42,376 nt of DNA from contig JBAXOY010000009.1 of NCBI GenBank assembly GCA_037133055.1, positions 1 through 42,376 on the forward strand, in the 5' to 3' direction. The notes under the pieces were generated by a model. The model was given only the letters and a program-made list of their open reading frames with translations, had not been told where the DNA came from and did no database searches. Below are positions 37,350 to 42,376 of the stretch, in pieces (within the stretch, counting starts at the first letter, position 1; every line of letters begins with the position of its first letter). A program made the position numbers and the translations under genes. This stretch comes from Chlamydiota bacterium (GTDB lineage: Bacteria > Auribacterota > Tritonobacteria > UBA1439).

Positions 37350-38759
37350 TCAGACCAAACTCGCCGCGATCCTGAGGTACCGCCAGAACTGCGCGGGGCT
37401 CTTCAGGGTGCGCAGCGCGGTGAGGATATAGCGGGGGCGGAAGTAAAATCGCCGATTCGCCAGGTCCAGGTATTCCTCCACGACCTTCGCCGGGAGCTGC
37501 CGCTGGTCCGTCGCGGGATGGGAGTCAAGATCGCGCCCGGCGAGGAGATCGAGCCAGTAGTTCGAGGAGATGTATCCTCGGGCGACCGCCCAGTCGAATG
37601 CCTCGGTGCAGGGGTACGGGACAAACTTGCTGAAGAGGGCGAAGCGGGGTTCCAGATCGATCGCGAGGGCAATGGTCTTCTTCATGGTCTCTTCCGTTTC
37701 GCCGGGGGCCCCGAGGATGAAATACCCGAACATCTCGAGCCCGACCTTGTGACAGAGGCGGGCGCTCTCCCGCGACTGCGCCGTCGTGATCCCCTTCTTC
37801 AGGTTTTTCAGGGTCGCGTCGTCGCCCGACTCGAATCCGAACCGTATCCGGTAGCACCCCGCGCCCCTGATCGCCCGGAGGACCCCCTCGTCCACCGTGT
37901 CCACCCGCGTGCGTATCTCCCAGAGAAACTTCAGGCCCGACCGCGTGATTTCCCGGCAGAGTTCATGCGCCCACGCCTTGTCGAGGATGAAGTTGTCGTC
38001 GAAGAACATGACCTCCCGGACGCCGTACTCGCCCTGGAGCATCCTTATCTCCTCGACGATGTTTTTCGGCGAACGCGCGCGCAGGATCTTGCCCATCTTG
38101 GCGATCTTGTTGCAGAAGGTGCAGCTGAAGGGACACCCCCGCGTGGCGATCATCGTGGTGAATTTTCTCTCGCGCGCGAAGATGTCGGAATAGCGGTCCA
38201 TCCGCACGAGATGCCGCGCGGGGAACGGCACGGTGTCGAGGTCTTTGATGTAGTCTCGGTTCTTCGTCTCCCGGACTGCGCCGCCCTCCTTCCACGAGAT
38301 CCCTTCGACGCCCCCGAGGGGCCTCCCCTCCGCGAGGGCAGCGAGCAGTTCCCGCGCGATGATCTCCCCCTCGCCCTTCACCGCCACGTCGAAGTCCCCG
38401 AGTTCGAGCGAGGCGGAGGGAAACGAGGTCGCATTCGGTCCCCCGATCACGGTGGTGATCCCCGGGACCATCCGCTTCACCATCGTCGCGATGGCCGCCG
38501 CGTTGCGATAGTTCCACGTGAACGCGTAGAAGCCGGCCACGACGGGCCTGAACCCGGCGCAGGCTTTTTCGAGCGCCTGTTTCCAGTCATCCTCGGCATC
38601 ACAGTCGACAACCCGCACGGCGTGCCCCGCCTCGATGAGCGACGCGGCGATGTAGAGGATGCCGAGCGGCGGATAGAGGCCGCGCATCCGCTCGAACTTC
38701 TTGAAATCCTTCATCACCTCGTCGATGAGGATGGGGGGGTGTATCAAAAGCACGTTCAT
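37350..38759 (-). CDS. B12-binding radical SAM protein
   Basis: MNVLLIHPP; PPLGILYIAA; GEGE; ATRGCPFSCTFC; FFDDNF; FGFESG; FYFRPRY. ATGA overlap at 38756-38759. Confidence 0.92.
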   Translation of the reverse strand: MNVLLIHPPILIDEVMKDFKKFERMRGLYPPLGILYIAASLIEAGHAVRVVDCDAEDDWKQALEKACAGFRPVVAGFYAFTWNYRNAAAIATMVKRMVPGITTVIGGPNATSFPSASLELGDFDVAVKGEGEIIARELLAALAEGRPLGGVEGISWKEGGAVRETKNRDYIKDLDTVPFPARHLVRMDRYSDIFARERKFTTMIATRGCPFSCTFCNKIAKMGKILRARSPKNIVEEIRMLQGEYGVREVMFFDDNFILDKAWAHELCREITRSGLKFLWEIRTRVDTVDEGVLRAIRGAGCYRIRFGFESGDDATLKNLKKGITTAQSRESARLCHKVGLEMFGYFILGAPGETEETMKKTIALAIDLEPRFALFSKFVPYPCTEAFDWAVARGYISSNYWLDLLAGRDLDSHPATDQRQLPAKVVEEYLDLANRRFYFRPRYILTALRTLKSPAQFWRYLRIAASLV

Positions 38760-39628
38760 CGGTTTCTCCCAGGCATATCGCCGGAGCCCGACCCGGGCTT
38801 TCGGGCTTCGTAGAGTTGGCGAAGCCCGCACTCCCTTATCGGGAACCATTGCAGTGACTTTTCACAGATCCCGTCGATCGCCCCAGCCCAGGAATGCACG
38901 CCCGCAGGCACGAAAAGGGTGGCGCGGTGATAGTCGAGAATGAATCCCGCCTCGCGCAGCATGCGCTTCACCCGGCGGACAGAATGGAATCGGTGCGGCC
39001 CCTCCCCGTGGTTATCCAACCACCGGTCGGCGAACCAGAGGTGAATTTCGCTCATCGCCCCCGGGCAGGTCAGGATCAGGCGGCCCCCGGGCTTCAGCAC
39101 GCGAAAAATCTCCCTCAGGATCCGCTGAGGGCTGGGGCTGTGCTCGAGCATCTCGAGTGAGAGGACGCAATTGAAGCTCGCGTCCTGGAAACACAGCTGC
39201 TGGAGATCGGTGGGCACGAAAACCTCTCCTGGAAACCGCTCCCCCGCCTGCCGTAACATGACACGGGAAATCTCGGCGTTTACAAGCTCTATCCCCGGGT
39301 ATCGTTCCCGTATAATCGGGACTGCCTCCCCCTGTCGGGACCAGAGGTTCAGAAGTCTCCCGCCCCGCGGAAGCGCGATTCTCGGGATCGAAATGCGGAA
39401 CCGCTGCGTGTGGACATTCCCCATCGCGCGATTCGCGCTCTCATACCTCTCGGATGCGACACGGGACCAGAACTCCTCGACATCGCGGCTGGAGAAGGAC
39501 AACTCGGTCTCCCCGCCGACGGAATATGCCGCCCTCCAGGACCTTCCCCGGGCGGGGGTTCGGCGTCTGCCTTTCGCTCCCGCGGGGAGCGGCGAGAGAG
39601 TCTCCGTTGGATGCAGTTCAGTTCTCAA
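38756..39628 (-). CDS. Class I SAM-dependent methyltransferase (type 11-like); start uncertain
   Basis: FQDASFNCVLSLEMLEH; EIFRVLKPGGRLIL. Motif I is atypical (LLNLWSRQG). Alternative start TTG 39502 has GGGGAG upstream. Confidence 0.78.
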   Translation of the reverse strand: MRTELHPTETLSPLPAGAKGRRRTPARGRSWRAAYSVGGETELSFSSRDVEEFWSRVASERYESANRAMGNVHTQRFRISIPRIALPRGGRLLNLWSRQGEAVPIIRERYPGIELVNAEISRVMLRQAGERFPGEVFVPTDLQQLCFQDASFNCVLSLEMLEHSPSPQRILREIFRVLKPGGRLILTCPGAMSEIHLWFADRWLDNHGEGPHRFHSVRRVKRMLREAGFILDYHRATLFVPAGVHSWAGAIDGICEKSLQWFPIRECGLRQLYEARKPGSGSGDMPGRNR

Positions 39629-40298
39629 ATTTCTTCACGAATTTGCGGTCGACGAACCGGTTGAGGTATCTCTTCTTGATCCCGACCGGCAGACTGGAGT
39701 AGATCCGGATAAGGATCCGCTCGCCCCATGTCAGGAACCGGGGCCGCGCGGGGGCGGCACCCCGCGGGGGAAAAATGTTCTCCCCGATGATCTCGTCGAG
39801 CGGATGCCTCCGCGCAACCTCCCGCACCGGGCCACCGCGTGGGAACCCAAGGAGCACGTACGCGATCGGAGAATAGTGCGGGGGGATCCGGAATGCCCTC
39901 CTGAGGAAGGGGCGCGGGGGAAGGGTGCATATCCAGCAGGCGCCCATGCCGAAGGCGTGGGCGGCGAGCAGAAGGTTCTGGATGGCCGCCGCGGCGCTTT
40001 GAAAATCATCCTGGTAGTAGCGGTTACGGGTGGTGTTTGGGTACGTCACGAGAATCCCGCATGGCGCCTCCGCCATGAGCGCCGATCCGCCGGCGTCGAC
40101 GACTTTGCGAATCAGGTCAGGATCCGTCACCACGATAAAACGCCACCCCTGCGTATTCGTGGCGGATGGGGCATGGGTTGCGTACCCGATGACCGCCCGC
40201 GCGAGGGACAGCGGGACGGGATCGGGCCTGAATTTCCTGATCGACCTCCGCTCGAGCAGTATCCTCAGCCGTTCCCGGATTTCCTTGTCGTTATCCAT
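39618..40298 (-). CDS. Nitroreductase family protein
   Basis: RRSIRKF; APSATNTQGWRF; AAIQNLLLAAHAFGMGACW; LGFP. Confidence 0.9.
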   Translation of the reverse strand: MDNDKEIRERLRILLERRSIRKFRPDPVPLSLARAVIGYATHAPSATNTQGWRFIVVTDPDLIRKVVDAGGSALMAEAPCGILVTYPNTTRNRYYQDDFQSAAAAIQNLLLAAHAFGMGACWICTLPPRPFLRRAFRIPPHYSPIAYVLLGFPRGGPVREVARRHPLDEIIGENIFPPRGAAPARPRFLTWGERILIRIYSSLPVGIKKRYLNRFVDRKFVKKFEN

Positions 40299-42376
40299 CA
40301 CTGCTCCATGGCGGCCGCCGAACCTCGCGCGCGGGAGCCGCGCGGTTGCCGGTCGGGCGCCGGGTAGATCCGGGGGATCTGGTTGATGATGCGCAATGCC
40401 CTTGTGCAATCGATGGCGATGGTGTCGCAATACCAGGCGATCGAGTCGAACCGCGGCTGGTTTTCCTCCCGGACCCGGCGGAGCGCCTCATCCCGGGAAA
40501 TCATCCCCTCCCTGATCTGGTTGCTGCGGAACGTGTCATTCTCGGTGAAGCCGGCGACCGTATAGTAGATGTAGTTGTAGAAGGCGACGGTCCCATCCCC
40601 GATTCTCCATGTGGTGGGGGTGTCCGGGGATATCTCCCAATCATAACGCTCGCGAAGCAGGCCTGTCACCTCCCGCTCATCCCAGCGGATATAGTCATAG
40701 AGAAACAGATAATCGTGCCGCAGCGCGTAGGTGGACACGAAGGCGCCCAGGGTGTCCCACAGCGACCGGTTGAGGTAGGCCGGATTACGCATAAACTGGC
40801 GCGCATAATACGCCGCGAGCTTGATCTTCTTGAAGAGGGATATGTCGTAGAGGCGCGGAACACTCTTCTCCTCGACCCCGCAGAATCCGGATTTGAAATT
40901 GGTGCGCTCAAGCGGATTTTCGGAGTATACCGTAAGCGCGATCCCCATCTGCTTTTTGAGTTTGTTCATGTAATAGAAATAGTGCTTGTCCCCCGCCATG
41001 AAAAGCGGGATCACCCCAAGATCCGGTTTTTGAAGCCAGGCTTCGACGTTGCGCCTGATATGGCTCCTTTTCTTCTGAATGTCCGCCGAGATGAGAATGT
41101 GCTCGATGCCGAGAAGGGCGCAGATTCTCGATATATTGCGCCGTGCGAGATCCGTCACCATCCCCCAGTCGTAGGTATAGGCGATCGGCGTCATTCCGAG
41201 CACGTTCTTCACGAAGTGAAGACCGTAGGTGCTATCCCTCCCCCCGCTTATCGAGACGATACAGTCCGGGTTCGCGCCGGATCCGCGGTACGGATCGACG
41301 GCGGCCAGGAGAGCGTCGTTCCCCTTGAACCCGATCCTGGCATATCCGCGGCAATAGTTGCAGACCCCCTTCTCGTCGAAACGGATGAACGGCATCGTCT
41401 CCGGGAGAATGCAGCGCGTGCAGCGCCGGAGCGCGTCGATGGGCTCGGGATCGTGGGGGAAAAGGGCGGTGAGCGAGGCCGCCTGCGCCGCAAGGCGCTC
41501 CTCTCTCGCGCGCGCCGGCGGGGCCTTCCCCGCGCCGGGTGGGACGACGTCGACGATATCCCTTCGCCGCGGCGCTGCCCCGCGTGATCGCACCGGGGGG
41601 GACGCCGACAAGGGGTCGAGGGAGAATTCATCCATGCCGAGATCGCGGAAGTCCGCGAGGCACGCGCTCCCCGCGTGGAGCTGCCGGATCGCATGCGGAC
41701 CGATGAGCGCCTTTACGTAACGCTTGCGCACGAGCCTGTCGAGGATGTACCGCTCCGAGGCGAAGATCGTGACACGTCGGGATTTGCTCTCGCAGAGGTA
41801 GAGAGAGCCGGTGTTCGTGGCGAGCAGGAGGGAGTCCGCGTCGTCGCAGGCGACGGCCACCGAGGCGGCCCCCTCGATCAGGCCGAACGCCTTCCGGGCC
41901 GCGCCGCCGAGCGTCTCACCCTCGTCCAGGAACATCCGGATGAGGCGCAGCAGCACCTCCGTGTCGACGTCGTACTCCCGCTTCAACGCGGGGAACCGAT
42001 CCCAGAGGGCTCGGCCGTTCACGATGATGCCGTTGTGTAACCCCACGATCCCGCCGGCGATAACCGGCTGGTTGTTTGCGTGCGTCTCCTGAGCCCCGTC
42101 GGTCACGAGGCGGGAATGCCCGATGATCGCGAGCGGCGAGCGGTCCGGGCGGGCGCAGGCAGCGGCGATCAGCGCCCGATAGCGGGCGGTGCGGACAAGG
42201 TCGGAGGCGGGCACGGCGTCCTTGAGGACCTCGATCCGACCCGGCGTGACCGCGGCAAGCCCCGCGGCCTCCTTGCCCCGGGATTCGGAGAGGAGAAAGA
42301 GGTCCCGCGCCGCGCGCTCAAGCACGCCGGGAGACACGTCCGCATCGCCGCGGACCAGCACTCCGAAGATGCCGCA
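40298..42376 (-). CDS. Class II glutamine amidotransferase fused to N-acetyl-sugar amidotransferase (PP-loop; WbuX/WbpG/PseA-like); start codon just outside window
   Basis: The window edge reads CGIFG (Ntn catalytic Cys). GHSRL, NQP, HNGII and DTE follow, then CTRCILP..GVCNYC and SISGGRDS (PP-loop). Confidence 0.87.
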   Translation of the reverse strand, partial: CGIFGVLVRGDADVSPGVLERAARDLFLLSESRGKEAAGLAAVTPGRIEVLKDAVPASDLVRTARYRALIAAACARPDRSPLAIIGHSRLVTDGAQETHANNQPVIAGGIVGLHNGIIVNGRALWDRFPALKREYDVDTEVLLRLIRMFLDEGETLGGAARKAFGLIEGAASVAVACDDADSLLLATNTGSLYLCESKSRRVTIFASERYILDRLVRKRYVKALIGPHAIRQLHAGSACLADFRDLGMDEFSLDPLSASPPVRSRGAAPRRRDIVDVVPPGAGKAPPARAREERLAAQAASLTALFPHDPEPIDALRRCTRCILPETMPFIRFDEKGVCNYCRGYARIGFKGNDALLAAVDPYRGSGANPDCIVSISGGRDSTYGLHFVKNVLGMTPIAYTYDWGMVTDLARRNISRICALLGIEHILISADIQKKRSHIRRNVEAWLQKPDLGVIPLFMAGDKHYFYYMNKLKKQMGIALTVYSENPLERTNFKSGFCGVEEKSVPRLYDISLFKKIKLAAYYARQFMRNPAYLNRSLWDTLGAFVSTYALRHDYLFLYDYIRWDEREVTGLLRERYDWEISPDTPTTWRIGDGTVAFYNYIYYTVAGFTENDTFRSNQIREGMISRDEALRRVREENQPRFDSIAWYCDTIAIDCTRALRIINQIPRIYPAPDRQPRGSRARGSAAAMEQ

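Noticed and set aside
4753..38759. Assigning bchE, hpnJ or hpnP gene symbols to the radical SAMs
   Set aside because: The shared domain architecture does not define function, and there are no chlorophyll or hopanoid core genes in the window.

Overview
GC-rich bacterial window occupied entirely by one large cell-envelope glycan/glycolipid biosynthesis and tailoring region. I saw no rRNA, tRNA, CRISPR or transposase. It encodes seven B12-binding radical SAM enzymes plus one SPASM/twitch radical SAM, and seven multi-pass membrane genes of GT-C type (GT87-like, ArnT/PMT-like, YfhO-like, one with a discoidin domain). It also has three GT2s, a GT9, four SAM methyltransferases, two NodB-type deacetylases, a NodU/CmcH carbamoyltransferase, a DUF2304 protein, a nitroreductase and a class II glutamine amidotransferase fused to an N-acetyl-sugar amidotransferase. 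Several features are missed or obscured by the ORF track: a long GT87-linker-GT-C fusion running off the left edge, with a G9 tract one slip away from a stop; two gene remnants that keep both ends but lack their middles (a radical SAM and a GT2); two near-consensus sigma70 promoters each abutting a triple tandem repeat; and lower-GC segments whose boundaries fall inside genes. All family calls come from motif recognition by eye, not database searches.
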